A stretch of DNA of 64,000 nucleotides from Tubiluchus corallicola (lineage: Eukaryota; Animalia; Priapulida): contig JAQGDQ010000144.1 in the NCBI GenBank assembly GCA_030141605.1, positions 310,001-374,000 on the forward strand, given 5' to 3'. A model generated the notes under the pieces. The model did not search any database. It saw nothing but the letters and a program-made list of their open reading frames with translations, and had not been told where the DNA came from. The position numbers and the translations under genes were made by a program. The first letter of the stretch is position 1. Each line of letters opens with the position of its first letter. Below, one piece after another: positions 1 to 13,006 of this stretch.

Positions 1-261
1 TAGTAATGTGAAATACACCACAAAAATGTGTTTTATACGTTGTTATTAAATTAGCAATTACTAGACATTAAATTTTACAGTTTTTCTTGTTGTTTTACAT
101 TTGAACTTTGAACTTTTACATTTTGAAGGTATTCACGTTATGTAAATCAACTTGTCATTTATTTCACAAACAAATTATTATATCCCATTTTCATCAATGC
201 TAAATGATCACAGCTTTTAAAGAATAGTATATGTTGTTAATTTCATTGTTTGCATTTATAG

Positions 262-396
262 CAAGGAAATTTACTCCATTCCTGTATGCCGGGTTGGAAG
301 CCACAACGGCTGCGCAAGTGCAAGCAATGAAAAAGGAGTCGCCACCTATCTCTCCAACAAAGAGGCACAAGAAGCCCAAGTTCGACAGATTTCCAT
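262..396 (+). CDS. Ig-repeat muscle-type protein (MLCK/titin-like), internal linker exon; gene begins upstream of the window
   Basis: tttatag| acceptor, |gtatgt donor; 135 nt, phase 1-1; encodes RKFTPFLYAGLEATTAAQVQAMKKESPPISPTKRHKKPKFDRFP and joins in frame to 1824. Confidence 0.75.
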
Positions 397-599
397 GTAT
401 GTCAATCTTTCACATTTGAAATATTTACTTGAGTATTGCATTTAAATTACTAGTGATAGACGAAGTGACAACGTTTTTCTGGAAATTAGCAATAATACAT
501 GCCTAGGTGTTTTAAAAGTTTCAAGGTTCTGGATTCAGATCCTGCTGACTTACCATTTTTTCTGTATTTCCTTGTTCAATTAATTATTCGTTAGGCTAA

Positions 600-1520
600 T
601 TGTTGAAAGTGTCAGAGATCAGTCATTCTGAGAGAGGTCTTGACATCAATTTTTGCCAGTTTTGGCCTTGGCCTCAGTCTCATGGGTTTGAATTTTTATT
701 TGGTATTGGTCTTGATTTCGTCTCGTATACATGCTGGTATCGATCTTCGTCTTTATCCCGAAACACAAAGTGCAGTTAATTGTATCACTTACTGATAATT
801 ATACTGAATCGATTACTGATAACACTACTGAAAAATTACAAGTAGTGTTTTGTGAAAACACTAACTAACAAACCACTTAAGCAATTTCTTGAAATTTCTG
901 ATTTTTTGCACATAGTTGGCAGAACTACCTGCTGTATGAACGTCTTGAACCTCATGAGCCTCCTAATGACTCTGGGCCCTTGCCTGCTGTTCGCCTTTTC
1001 AGTCAGTCTGATATTGCCGAGATAGTATAATAAAGTCCTGTCCGGCTATCGTGCCTGTATGTTTTCCGGAGAATTAGAACTGTGCTGGAATAAGCAGCCC
1101 AATAATCATAGGATAAAGCTGTGATGCACCTGTCACTTTCTTATTGTGTGTCATTTTTCGACGTGTGAATTTCTAAAGACATAGTTCAAACAGCAAACTA
1201 GTAGCTTAATACTGCAAAATTCCAATGATGTTTCCAATTCTTGCTTTGCTATTTATTCTTATTATTTACCATATAATGCATCAAGAAATGTAAAAAAAAA
1301 TTTTATTTATGCAAAATTATTTAAAGACAGCTTAACATGGTTAAAGCTGTTTTCTGCGAAAGCTTAGTTTTCGGTCTTGATTTCGAATAATGCAGAGTTG
1401 AATTAGTAGGTTTTGGTCCTATCTTCGTCGTAATTGTTCTGGTTAAGGTCGTAGTCCTGGTCTTGAAAGTTGCAGTCTGGGTCTTGGTCTTGATTACCCC
1501 AGTCCTGGGTACATATCCAG
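600..1520. mobile_element. Degenerate non-autonomous DNA transposon (hAT-like) with GGTCTT(G) subterminal repeats
   Basis: Clusters of ggtcttga/ggtcttgg at ~636-755 and ~1373-1495; boundaries approximate, TIRs not resolved. Confidence 0.45.
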
Positions 1521-1823
1521 ACTAAGTGTGATGTCTTTCTTAATGTGCGTGCGTGCGTATGTGTGCGCGCACGAGTGTGCATATGCGTGTGTGCGTAAAT
1601 AGTATGTAAGTAAGAAAAAATGACTATTTAATTTTAAAAAAATCAATTTTATGTCGATTGTGCAATTTTATATGGAACATCAATTACTTCTCTAGAAAAT
1701 TGGTCATGTAATTGTTTTTTCTTGCGACAATTTGTCCTCTTAAAGCAATAAAATAATGATGAGAAAAAACAATAAAAATAAATTGACTACCTTTCAACTA
1801 ATCAGGTAATTTACTTTATTCAG

Positions 1824-1963
1824 CATTGGAGCCTGTATATGAACCACCGTACTTTAAAGAGAAACTATTTGACATGGTTGTGACAGATGGTGATTCTGCT
1901 TTGCTTATGTGCGTTGTCAAGGGAACACCAGAGCCAGATATCTATTGGTATAAAGATGGACAG
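1824..1963 (+). CDS. Ig-repeat protein exon, first half of I-set Ig domain A
   Basis: ttattcag| and cag|gtgaag; EPPYFKEKLFDMVVTDGDSALLMCVVKGTPEPDIYWYKDGQ matches the I-set pattern P.F...L....V..G....L.C.V.G.P.P...WYKDG. Confidence 0.93.
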
Positions 1964-2572
1964 GTGAAGCACATAATTTGTTATGTTCTCCTTGTTAAAA
2001 CTGCCACTCACATGCATTGGTAAAACTTATCACTTCAACAATGTGTAAATTTGTGGGATCACTTCAACAGTGTGTAAATTTGTGGGATTGAAGATTTTTG
2101 TGATAGATAAATTGATGAATACACAGATCGACGATGAATTGACAATATGGCAAGTAGGCTAACTGAATGGTTGACTGACTAATTCACTGGCTGATAGGCA
2201 TTCAGTCAGGCAAAGTGAGAGATATTGATTTCTTTGTGTAAGTCACATTGAAGTGAAAAACCCATTTAAACTCTAGAAATGGCATTTTCAGAACAATAAC
2301 TGGATATTGAAATGCCATCGTTTCTGTCATTTTCAGATTTTTAGGAAAAGATACAGATTAAAAAAATAAAAACAGAAAAACTTTCCTGAATGCACAAAAT
2401 CACAATTGCCTCACTGTTTGTAATTACTCTTACATTCACACCTTGGCCCTATAATAAAAGTGGGCTAATTTCTGTATCTTGCTGAGCTTACCAGGAACTT
2501 GATTTATTTAGTAATTTAGCCTCTTTTGTAAACCTAAAATTACACGACTGAGTTTTATTATGTCTCTTTTAG

Positions 2573-2729
2573 ATGTTAGAAAGTACAGATGTAATTGACA
2601 TACAGTATAAGCAAGGCGTCTGCACGCTAGGCATTGTGGAGGTATTCCCGGAAGATGAGGGAGAATATACCTGCAAAGCTGTCAATGAAGAAGGCTCTGA
2701 TAGCACAGTCTGTTTCTTAGCAGTTGAAC
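2573..2729 (+). CDS. Ig-repeat protein exon, second half of I-set Ig domain A
   Basis: ctttttag| and |gtaagt; CTLGIVEVFPEDEGEYTCKAVNEEGSD carries the D.G.Y.C.A.N..G motif; phase 0 to 1. Confidence 0.94.
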
Positions 2730-3035
2730 GTAAGTCATGCTATATGACATTCTGATGAGTAGTTTAGTTAATTATAATTAATAACAATTAATTAATTACA
2801 CAAAACGTAATTGTTGTACACAAAACTAGTTGTAGGTGTTGCTCAGCAAAAAGAATGTTAATGAATGTTTATTAATGGAACATTTGTCAATGAATGTTGA
2901 ATTTCCAAAGTTATCCTGAAATAACATTAGTTAGTGATTAACATTAGTTAGTTGCCAGGTAATTTGGGAAATTATTCTGAAATAATATCATCTTTTTTAG
3001 ATGTATGAATTTTTGTATTTGAAAATTTAATAGTA

Positions 3036-3667
3036 CAGTAAACTACATATAACTCTACCACCTCGGGTTGTTCAAGTTATGCAAAAGTACGGGTTAAATG
3101 ATTGTTCGTCACTGACCAAGAAATCAAGATTGAGTCACTCGTCAATGTCGGACAATACACTAGTAACACTGCAGCCTATGAAAATGAGAAACTGTGCCTT
3201 TAATCAAATATCACACAACAATTTTTATAAATAATCTAAGTAACATGTCTGGCCCACCTCTACTGTAGTCTGAGTAACTGGTTAATTTGGATTTGGCAAT
3301 AATAATATTGTAATTTACGTTAAACGACATTTGTTAAGCCATGTTTTGTGCAAAGTTCTGCTAAGGTAATACAAGAAATCTTAGCATTTTTGCTGAACCT
3401 AGCAGTTACAACCGTAATGTAGTGTACATTTTTGCAGGATTTCTCGCTTGGGAGGTTGTTTGAGATAGGCTAGGTAATTTCAGTCAGGTTCTTAAAAATT
3501 GTACCAGGCATTCGGTTCGAGTTACACAATAATTCGAGTTACAGATTTCGGTTTATGCAATGTTTAGCAAAGGGAAAATCCATTCCACAAGATCTGTTTG
3601 AGATATGCAAGAATTCATAGCAATTTATATGCAAGTTATACCGGTTTGAGTTATACGTAATTTACTG
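3036..3667. mobile_element. Tc1/mariner (pogo/Tigger-like) MITE
   Basis: TIRs CAGTAAACTACATATAACTC and GAGTTATACGTAATTTACTG, flanked by TA on both sides; repeated subterminal ttcgagtta motifs. Confidence 0.8.
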
Positions 3668-3775
3668 TACATAGTTTCTCTTAGCTAAAATACTGTGTAA
3701 CTTAGTTTAGAATGATAGAGATGGCGTCGAATATGCAGATCATTTTCTAATTTTCTAAACATTTCGTTCGTTTAG

Positions 3776-3862
3776 CACCGACAAGATCAGCACAGGCTTC
3801 TCCTTCACCTGGGTCACCAAGAGCGGGTATTAAACAACCTGTCTTCCCTAAACCTGGCGAAG
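3776..3862 (+). CDS. Ig-repeat protein, Pro/Ser-rich linker exon
   Basis: cgtttag| and g|gttagt; 87 nt, phase 1-1; PPTRSAQASPSPGSPRAGIKQPVFPKPGE; too short for the ORF track. Confidence 0.8.
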
Positions 3863-4470
3863 GTTAGTACTCTTTTATCATTGTTCCGTTGGCATTGTAT
3901 AATATTATTTTTTGATTTTTATGAAATGTTTGTGATTAGTTGTATATATTTTACAGTTTATTTGACTTTCAACAGTCTAAATTTGATTTTGTACAGAGCT
4001 AACTAAATGGTGTAAAGTTGCTATGATTCCATTCCATTCCATTCAATTCAGTTCTTCCTTATTTTCTTAAAAGATACCATATAAAGTAATAAAAAGAAAT
4101 CACACACTATTTACAAAAGAATAAATGCCAAATAAAGAAATTAATAAGCCTGCTATACACACAGTATTGGGAGTGCTATGAAAAACATATATTTCAGCTG
4201 AATTAAATTATACCTGATTCACATTTCTCTACATTATTTATTGCTATCATTTAGACTGAGTAGTTGTCTAACATGGAAACTCAGTGAGCATTAGCTGCAG
4301 GATGAGGTTAAAATGAATTTGTTGTTTCATTGGTAATCATATAGCACTTTTCAAGTTCATGACCAAAATACATTTCTTCATGAACATGTATGTATTTTTG
4401 CACAAAACTTCTATGCTTAGAAAAAGCTGAAGAAAGTTAAATTGCACATTATTGTTTGTTAATTTTACAG

Positions 4471-4554
4471 AGCGAAGTCCAACATTCTCAAAACACTTGG
4501 AAAGTAAAAATATTCGAGATGGAGATAAATTAGTCTTGGAATGTGAAGTTGAAG
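4471..4554 (+). CDS. Ig-repeat protein exon, start of I-set Ig domain B
   Basis: ttttacag| and g|gtaagc; ERSPTFSKHLESKNIRDGDKLVLECEVE; phase 1-1. Confidence 0.9.
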
Positions 4555-4833
4555 GTAAGCCCTTAACAGCCACTTAAGCACTATGATTAAATTTTTACTT
4601 GCAAGATGTGTGTAATATATACATAGCATAAAAAATTCAGTATTTTGGTAAAATATAATCATAGTTTATGATGTAGAAAATTTAAAGAGACAGTTTCTAT
4701 GACTAAGTCTTACAGACTTCATTATTGCAATTCTTTGTAGCTCTATAATTATGATTCCAATCATTGCCTTGGTGTAACAGCAACATCCCACTTCCGACAC
4801 CAGTGTGCTGATTATGTGACCTCGTATTTGCAG

Positions 4834-5031
4834 GCAATCCCTCACCTGAGACAATCTGGATTCACAACGACAAAGAAATTGTGGAAACACAATTTTTACA
4901 AATTGAAGAGATTGGCAATCGACATGTTCTTACAATTAACGAGGTTTATCCAGAAGACTCAGGAGTTTACATCTGTGAGGCTTTCAATGTTATTGGAGAG
5001 TCTATGAGCAGCTGTAGTGTCTATGTACACG
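4834..5031 (+). CDS. Ig-repeat protein exon, remainder of I-set Ig domain B
   Basis: tttgcag| and g|gtatgt; GNPSPETIWIHNDKEIVETQFLQIEEIGNRHVLTINEVYPEDSGVYICEAFNVIGESMSSCSVYVH resembles MLCK-type Ig domains; the frame differs from the listed ORF 4816-5007. Confidence 0.93.
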
Positions 5032-5397
5032 GTATGTTAATTTAGCAGTAAGTGTAAATGGTGGGTTCTATTGGCTTTCTTAAATGATCTGAATTGAAAA
5101 TCCATTTTCTACCTCAAGCTCTTTATAACTGTTAGCAGTTTCTATTTTAAAAATTTGTAAAAGTATATAAATTTTTGATGTTGCTTTGATAACACTTAGT
5201 AAGTAAGATTACCTAATTTACATTGTTTTGATTTGTTTGAAATGTTGAGGAAAAGTTCTTCGTCGGGAAAACATTTAGGATATTAACTCAAATTTGATTA
5301 GAGGTTTTTCTTCCAGAATGCACTCAACATACTTAGATTCATCACCAATGAGTATGTAACTCTATTGACAATGTGTTTTTATAATTCACCCATTCAG

Positions 5398-5508
5398 GTG
5401 ATGAACCAACAAAGAATCCTATATTTATGAGCTTCCCAAGGTCAGCAACAATAGAGGAAGGTGCACCAGTTTCATTTTCTAGTGAGCTGCGCTCTGACGA
5501 CTGCACAG
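5398..5508 (+). CDS. Ig-repeat protein exon, start of terminal Ig domain C
   Basis: cattcag| and g|gtaaat; GDEPTKNPIFMSFPRSATIEEGAPVSFSSELRSDDCT; phase 1-1. Confidence 0.87.
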
Positions 5509-6190
5509 GTAAATATCTGTTTGTATAATAAATGTCGATAGTTGTTAACTATAGGTAATGCCATGTGTGGCATGTTCCTTTATATGAGAACGCCGGCTTG
5601 TCCAAAAGCAATTTATGGTTACTATATGAGCTGATAAAGTTAAGAAGTTAGAATACATGTGGTTTATATTTCAGGTAGAATCAGGTACTATTTAACTGAA
5701 TAATGATGCGCCATGGTTTCAAAGATGGGGAAGTAGTTCACAAAACAAGCTTCATTGAATTTCTAGCTGAAAGTTATTTGCGTAAACTAAACTGAAAGCT
5801 TCATTTACTCACAAAATTTTACACAAGAAGTTGCATACAATGCTGCCACACACACTTTTTATTGCTGATTATTATGCAAAATTTTTATGTACTTTGATTT
5901 CATTTCGTCCGTAAGTGCGACAGCATACCGAATATCGAATAGGATTGTTTCCATAATCTTTTTGGTGGCTGTACGAAGGGAAGAGGAACTTGATGTGAGT
6001 GAAAGTTATTGTCAAGATAGTATAGAAAAGTCCTGATCTGATCTGACTATCTCCCAAGCTTCTAAACTTTCCAGAGAACTGATTCTGTACTCAAGTAAAC
6101 AGACCCAATGAGCGGAGGATAAAGAAAGCTCTGAAGCTGTGCAAAATATAACAAGGCTACAAACTTAATTCTTATTTTTTATCTTTCCAG

Positions 6191-6390
6191 TGACATGGAT
6201 GCGTGATGGACGAGCCATCAAGGACACTGACCGCCACAGAATAAGCCATTCTGAAAAGAGCTCTCGCCTCGAAATACTAAAAGTAAACAGCTCAGACGAT
6301 GGTCAGTACATGTGCTGCGCAGCCAATGCAGAGGGACAGTCCAAAGCATCATTTTCTATTGTAGTGAAGACAAGACCTAAAATCTTTTAA
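6191..6390 (+). CDS. Ig-repeat protein, terminal coding exon (end of Ig domain C, stop TAA)
   Basis: ctttccag|; VTWMRDGRAIKDTDRHRISHSEKSSRLEILKVNSSDDGQYMCCAANAEGQSKASFSIVVKTRPKIF*. Confidence 0.9.
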
Positions 6391-6827
6391 ACAAATGTCA
6401 TGTAAAACAGCGGGCAATAACTTTTGATTTCTCTCTTCCATTTCCTATGTATGCAAATGATTTCCATGTTTGGTAAGTGAATCCATTTAAAAATAGGCAT
6501 CTGTTCAGGGGCAAAAGCTGTGGCTCCTATTTTTATGCGATTCACTAACAAAAACCTGGAAAAATACGTAAAAAGAATAAAAACTCATTTTATGGTACTT
6601 GGCTTGTTTGTCTTTTTATCTTTATCACAACTGAAGCGCGGAATCAAAAGTTAGTGCAAATGTAAATGCATTCCTCTGTAATGATAATTACCCAAACTTA
6701 TCAAGACATTACTAGATACTACTAATCCTGTAAGAATGGTTAAGTTGCATTTTTTGATAGGCAGCTAATAATGCAAGGTAGCTATTCTATCTAGAAAGAA
6801 CAAATCTTGGTTGGTGGTGTCTTTTGT

Positions 6828-6833
6828 AATAAA
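6828..6833 (+). terminator. Candidate polyadenylation signal of the Ig gene (alternatives at 6576-6581 and 7035-7040)
   Basis: AATAAA downstream of the stop, followed by T/GT-rich sequence; which one is used cannot be determined. Confidence 0.4.
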
Positions 6834-7868
6834 GATGACGTTATTCACCCGGTAAAGACAATTTCTGAAAACATGTTTACGACAACTACCTGATTCGACT
6901 AATTTATTTACTTGTGGTGCTAATATTGTAATTGTTTAATTTTATTGTTGCCGTTAGTTATTATTTATTCATCCTATTATGTCAGTCAATTTGCAGTGCA
7001 ATACGTATTTATCTTCGAAAACATTTCTGTGCCAAATAAATTACTGTTACTATTATTATTCATCGTGTTGCAATTTTTTGCATGTTGTGGTTGACTTAAA
7101 GGCATATACTGAAACTTCCTAAAATATTTGGGGCTCATTGTGCTAAATCTAGTTGCATGTGTTTTCATACATAGCAACTTGAGGGCAACATATTCTATGA
7201 CTTACTCACAATTGTTTTCTTTATGTTTCTTTACTTGGTGTGAAAAAAATCTTTCAAAAGCATACTAGATACATTGTCATAGTTACTTTTAAGCAGAATA
7301 GTTTGTTTCTTGCTCGCTGGGTGGCGAAATGATACCTATCTGAGGTAAAGCATCTGTAGCTGCTCTGTGAAGCCCTTGAAGTGCTGCACGTGTGCGACAA
7401 AAATGAAGGCTTCAATATAGCTGCCGAAACGTGATGTATATGGTTCTGCGTGTTGCTGCAGCTAGAACTCCTGATGTGTTATGGCAGTAAATACTACGTG
7501 CAATGCGTTATGTGATATTATGGCAATGTACAATATTAGTTAATGTGATAGTTTTGTGCGGTACCTAATACAATTACGAGAAACAAACACGCAGTTCTGT
7601 TTAAACGCGTTTTTACAAAGAAAGAAACAAAATACTGCTGTGACCGAGAGCTTTATTTGTTTATGAACTAAAACACAACAATTTTGTAAATATCCACGCT
7701 AGTGTGTGGGTAGTAGAAGCTATTTTCGTAAAATGACTAACAGATAATGATGTCACTGAAAGCATCATCAATAGTCCTACTAAGAATTAGGTGTAGCCCA
7801 ATTTGCCATGTTTGAAAGTCTGGTTCTGTGGATTACCAGTGTAGTTACATAAGCTGAGATGGTGCAAA

Positions 7869-8513
7869 ATGTCCTCAAAAGGAACTCGGTCCACAACAGA
7901 CGCGTCCTCAACTAATAATGTCGAGAAATTGCACGAGCTGGTGGGAAAAGTTCTTGATGCCAAAGACCACAACCTCTTTATCAGGTCTTTAAACGACTAT
8001 GACAAGAACCATGACGTCTATGACTTAGTGCAAGTGCTGCGCAAGATCCTGGATACGCCATCTAAGCGACAACTACTGCTTTTGCTACGCCAGGTCATTC
8101 CTAGTGCTGACCAGGACCTCTTTGACTCCTTCTGCATCAGCGGAGGACTTTACGACAAAAAGGGGAACAAACAACACACGGGTTCTTCACATTCTCACAA
8201 TAAGAAGTCAGAGAAAGAAAAACTAGTCGAGGTGGAAACTTCAGCGCCTACTTCCTCTAACACTTCATCAAATTCACAAGTGCCTACCTATCGCAATGTG
8301 AAACAAATTACATTGCGCAACCATACGTCAGATCCATCTGACAATGCATTTGGATTTTCCATACGAGGTGGATTAGATCATGGATTAGGGATTTATGTGT
8401 CGGGAGTGGATAGACTTAGTGCAGCCGAGAAACGTGGATTAAAACTTGGTGATCAAATTCTAGCTGTAAATGACGTGTCATTTGAGAAGATATCACACGA
8501 GGAAGCTGTAAAG
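7869..8513 (+). CDS. WHRN: Whirlin exon 1: HHD1 (harmonin-N-like domain) plus most of PDZ1
   Basis: NVEKLHELVGKVL...VYDLVQVLRKILDTPSKRQLLLLLRQVIPSADQDLFD (HHD1) and FGFSIRGGLDHGLGIYVSGVD..SAAEKRGLKLGDQILAVN..SFEKISHEEAVK; donor aag|gtagca, phase 0. Confidence 0.93.
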
Positions 8514-9049
8514 GTAGCAAAACTTTTACTGTGTTTCACTTTAAATGTGAAAATGATTCTGTTAAATTCTGACTTACTGCAGCGCTGTTACTAACATTTC
8601 TATGTCTTGCATGGTTGAGATTGTCTTTTGCCATACGTCACACGATTTTTCCATATCTTTTATTTGCGTACTCAGTAAGGGGAGGCCGTGTAGGTTGAGT
8701 AGTTGGGCAAGATTATTACCTAAAGACGACACATTACCTGCATTAGGATCACTAAATTCGTAATTCAATTACAACAGGTCCATCAAAATTCTACAGGTAC
8801 CTAGCATTTTTGGCGCAAACTAAGTGGTCACAAAAAGCTTTAGCTTCCGGATACTACTGTGTACTTCAGCACAGGGAATTTAGATACAAAACGTTTTGTA
8901 CACAAGAAAGTTTGGTCACATGTACGTTTGAACAATGAACGTACCAGAGACATTCGTTATAGAAAAGCTTGAACATCGAATACTCTGTACACAAAGATGT
9001 TTAGGGACAGAACATTTTTCACATTCCTTGAACACGCGACAGTTTGGAC

Positions 9050-10096
9050 ACAATAATAATAATAATTTATTTTTTGCCTTCAGAATAACAATCATAGGTA
9101 GCATATAACAATGAGTTACAAAGTTTAAAGAAGGACGGGATGGCGAAAGACCTAAATAGTGAGTCTACTAATTTCAGCATGGCGAGCAAAATAAAGAATA
9201 GAATAGGAAACAGATCATAATTAAATTAATATGGTAAATAAAATTACGCAAAACAAAGTGAAAACAAAATTAGTAAAGCAGAGTTCTATGGGCAAACGAC
9301 CTAATTAAAAGCAAAATAGCTAACAAATTAATTTGGCTATGCAACAGTGACACTAAAAGAAGCAAAGCTGCATGTACCTGTAAGGCCATAATGGTTTTAA
9401 ACTAAATGAATAACAAATAATAGTATATTATTAATACTATTTTTAATATGATTATCGACCAAAAACGACTAATGAATTTAAAGTAAGACCATTTTATCTA
9501 TTACATTAATACTTTTTGAACCTGATTATATTTTTTTACGTTTAAAGTTATATGCCATTTATGATTAAGGTGTATTAAGTTTATAAATTACGTAAAGGTA
9601 CGGTAAATAATTAATACTGGTGTGGTCATGTTTGAATTTGTGTATTACATCAAGAAAAACATTGTAAGTGCAGGTTTGGGCTGATTGTTATTTAATTAAA
9701 GATGACGCAATAAATCAGTCAACACAAACAGTAATAAAATTGACTAGCAGCAGAGACAGCAAACAAGAAAAAGAGAAGCAAATTTAAATGTAAATACCAA
9801 ATTAACACCAAATTAATACCTATTAAACTGTATTACCAGACAATATAATTTCTTTATCTTTAATTGACACTATAATTATGTATTAAATTCAATCTATACT
9901 GCTTGACTAATGCATGTAGTGAGTTTGTATTTTTAATTGCACTACCCAGCTCATTCCATAAAATAACACCTTTGTCCTTAATAGAATTCAACCCGCATAA
10001 TGTCTGACACAGGAAAAGTTCTTCACTGGAAGGACTTGAAGCAGGGAAGTTTAGACACAATTTTTCAGATAACAGACTGTTTGGTAAAAAAATCAT
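9050..10096 (-). mobile_element. 5'-truncated CR1/L2-group LINE: ORF2 C-terminus, 3' UTR and short trinucleotide tail
   Basis: TLCGLNSIKDKGVILWNELGSAIKNTNSLHALVKQYRLNLIHNY* fits the typical R...G..SI.Y.G..LWN.L...IK...SL..FK LINE C-terminus; (AAT)n at ~9052-9065. Confidence 0.7.
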
Positions 10097-10835
10097 TTAA
10101 TGAAATCGTCTCGATTGACTTCTCCGGCACCAACTTTTTATTCATTGTAATGTAGTTCATGTTTATGTAATGCTGTGAGTTGTACCAAGCCAAGCGTGTC
10201 TCATATTTAAGCTTTCTTGTGTTCAACTTATCTTGTTAACAAATTTTCCTAAATTGAAACTTCCTTTTAGCCCAGATTTTTTTGTTTGCCTTGTCTTGTG
10301 TCCAAGCTTTTCTGTGTTGAACTTGTTTTGTCTTCGAACTTTTTTGTGGTTTAAACTTCCTCGTGTCCGGATTTCCTTTATTCAAGCTGTACTGTTTCTA
10401 ATTTCTGAATCTTTTTTCAACTTGCATAAACTTTTACAAAGTTAGTTTAAACGTAATTAATTTATCATAGGATTGGATCAGACAGTTTCAAAGGGTGAGT
10501 TAAGATCCTCACCACAGCGAAATACGTTCACTATTTACAATTCTGTGCAGAAATAGCCTATTCTTCCTGTAAATACATTGTGCTCAAAGTGTCTTTGTAG
10601 AGCGCGTCTTCAGAATGTCTTCTTCCGCGTCGAAATTTACCTCTTCGGAAAGACACGCAGAAATTCTGTGCCGAAAGTTATATGTTGAAACATTCTGTCT
10701 CTAAACGTATCCCTGTCTTCGTGTATCCAAAAATGCCAAGTGTCGAAAAATCCTAAAATTTTCTAACTTTCTTGTGTAAATGTGAAAAGTTGGAGCCAAA
10801 GAACTTTGTCTCAAACACACTTCCACTGCTTCACA

Positions 10836-11054
<219 letters not shown>

Positions 11055-11759
11055 ATGAAGGTTTACGGAAAATTCTTACGAAACTGCTTGTAATGTGTTA
11101 TCAAAAGAGAGAGATTTTGTTGTGCAAAGCGGTAGGCAGAAAATAAATATGAAAACTACAATTTAAGTTAACTTAAATATACGTACGAAATCTGTTAAAG
11201 CTTTAACTAACAAAGTGACGTGGAGTCGAATGTTATGATGAGGAATCCCATAATTTAAATTACTGATTTACCAGATTTTTTAATTAAAGCGTAAAAGCCT
11301 CTATTCAACAACATATCGCCCATTAGTGTTGTTTATGGAAAAGTCGTGCAATTCCTTTAACAGATTTTTACACGTTCACAAAAGCCGCAGCCAGTGTCAT
11401 AATAGATTTTTCGCAAGGTTTGAATTACATTTGCACTACCGTTGAAGGTCATATAGCTTCAAGCTTTTCATCATTACGGCTAGCTCTACTACTATTGTGA
11501 ATGAAATCGCTGTAACTGGAACTAGCTTGCTTTGCTGGCATTGTGTATGTCATGTATAGAACTCCACAATCGTGTAAATCTTGCAGAATGTTAACGAGCT
11601 GTGAGGCTTTATGTCAAGCTCTATGTTCATCTCAAATAATCGATAACTTTAGTATTCATCACGACTCGTTTATATATGAGGTGGCCCAGTAAAAACTTCA
11701 CTTAGTTTGTTTTAGAGCTTAGTTTAAAGTTATATCCTCATATTCTCTCTCCTCCCTCT

Positions 11760-11761
<2 letters not shown>

Positions 11762-11835
<74 letters not shown>

Positions 11836-11856
11836 GTCTCTCTCTCTCTCTCTCTC
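11762..11856. repeat. (CT)n microsatellite
   Basis: Seen directly. Confidence 0.97.
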
Positions 11857-12952
11857 CTCTGCCTCCGTGATGTTTACTGAAATTTGTTTCTGGGCTTCTT
11901 CGGAGTAAATCGTATGTTGAAATCATTGGGATTCCCAGGTGGTTATAAATTTATCCTCTCGATAACATAAGGATTGCATAAAAGCTTCTTACTTGGAATG
12001 TCTATGGTTGCCGCTGAGTGAACAGTTAGCATCGTAGCTCCGAAGTAACGTCAGTATAAGAAGGTATTTATTGACATGTGTTCTCGATTCTGTAACTGTG
12101 ACAGAACTATAATACATAAATTAACGGACACTGACTGCCCATGATCCAACAGCAGGACATGTTCTTGACCAAGTTCAGTTTTCTTGACCATCCGATATAT
12201 CATTGTTTCAGTATCACTACATGTCATGTACGTGAGCGTACTGCAGCAGCCAGAAAAACTAGCTGACATTATCATTAATGAGTAATTGACTTAATTAGCT
12301 TGCAGCCGCTTGAATTATCAATGTGGTCGCAGCTTGCACTCAGTATGAAGCCACATAGATATAAACTCAGCAGCTTGCATCTTCATTAAAATGTGTGAGC
12401 GAAGCTGACTTGCAGTGCGGAGCTATTATTTGCTTATAGTATGAAATCAGTGTAAATATAAATCTCGCCAATCTTGATTTAATATTATGTGAGTGGGCGC
12501 ATAAAAATCTTATTTACGAACAATGTTAATTTTTCAACTGGGCCTAGTGAGTTCAGTAAGTTATCTAAGAGGCATAGCAATTATCAGTAAGAGCCAAGTT
12601 TCGGTGTCGCCTTGCCGATCTGGACAGTTTAAGAATGATCTGCCGTTGGATGCTGGATTCCAGCTGGCATGATTACAAAAAAACATGAATAGTACCAGTA
12701 CCACAACTACTACAATTGACGCCGCCGCCATCTCTACTACAACCACCGTCTTTATTGCATTATCATTGTCAAAGCGTTAGACTGGGCTACAATATTATAT
12801 TGGAGTCCACAATAAATCATGAATACAAAAATTATAGATGAAACAGTACTGCAGCAAGGACCAGTACTGCATTGAATTTATCCTGCTCATTCACTGTATC
12901 TCTGGTCTAGCACACGTGCAAAAGGAATTACTAACTAGTGATCACGACGATG

Positions 12953-13006
12953 GAAGTTAAGCAACACCGAGTCTAGTCAGTAAACGATTGGCTGATCGCA
13001 AGGGAA
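12953..13006 (+). mobile_element. 5S rRNA-derived fragment (SINE piece or 5S pseudogene)
   Basis: gaagttaagcaacaccgagtctagtcagta...tggctgatcgcaagggaa resembles the 5S internal control region GAAGTTAAGCAACGTCGAGCCCGGTTAGTACTTGGATGGGTGACCGCCTGGGAA; partial and diverged. Confidence 0.6.

Noticed and set aside
916-1030. Alternative last exon or 29-aa hydrophobic micropeptide (MNVLNLMSLLMTLGPCLLFAFSVSLILPR, 936-1025), in phase with the 262-396 exon via catag|
   Set aside because: It lies inside a GGTCTT-repeat hAT-like element, and another frame (PAVRLFSQS) resembles a decayed hAT dimerisation motif; no independent support, though an RNA-seq junction check would be cheap
2029-2086. 29-bp direct duplication
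   Set aside because: Ordinary local slippage duplication in an intron
4816-5007. Listed ORF MTSYLQAIPH...
   Set aside because: Wrong frame; the Ig-coding frame is fixed by the splice phases
12953-13006. Functional 5S rRNA gene
   Set aside because: Only ~55 nt, diverged, lacking the 5' half and terminator
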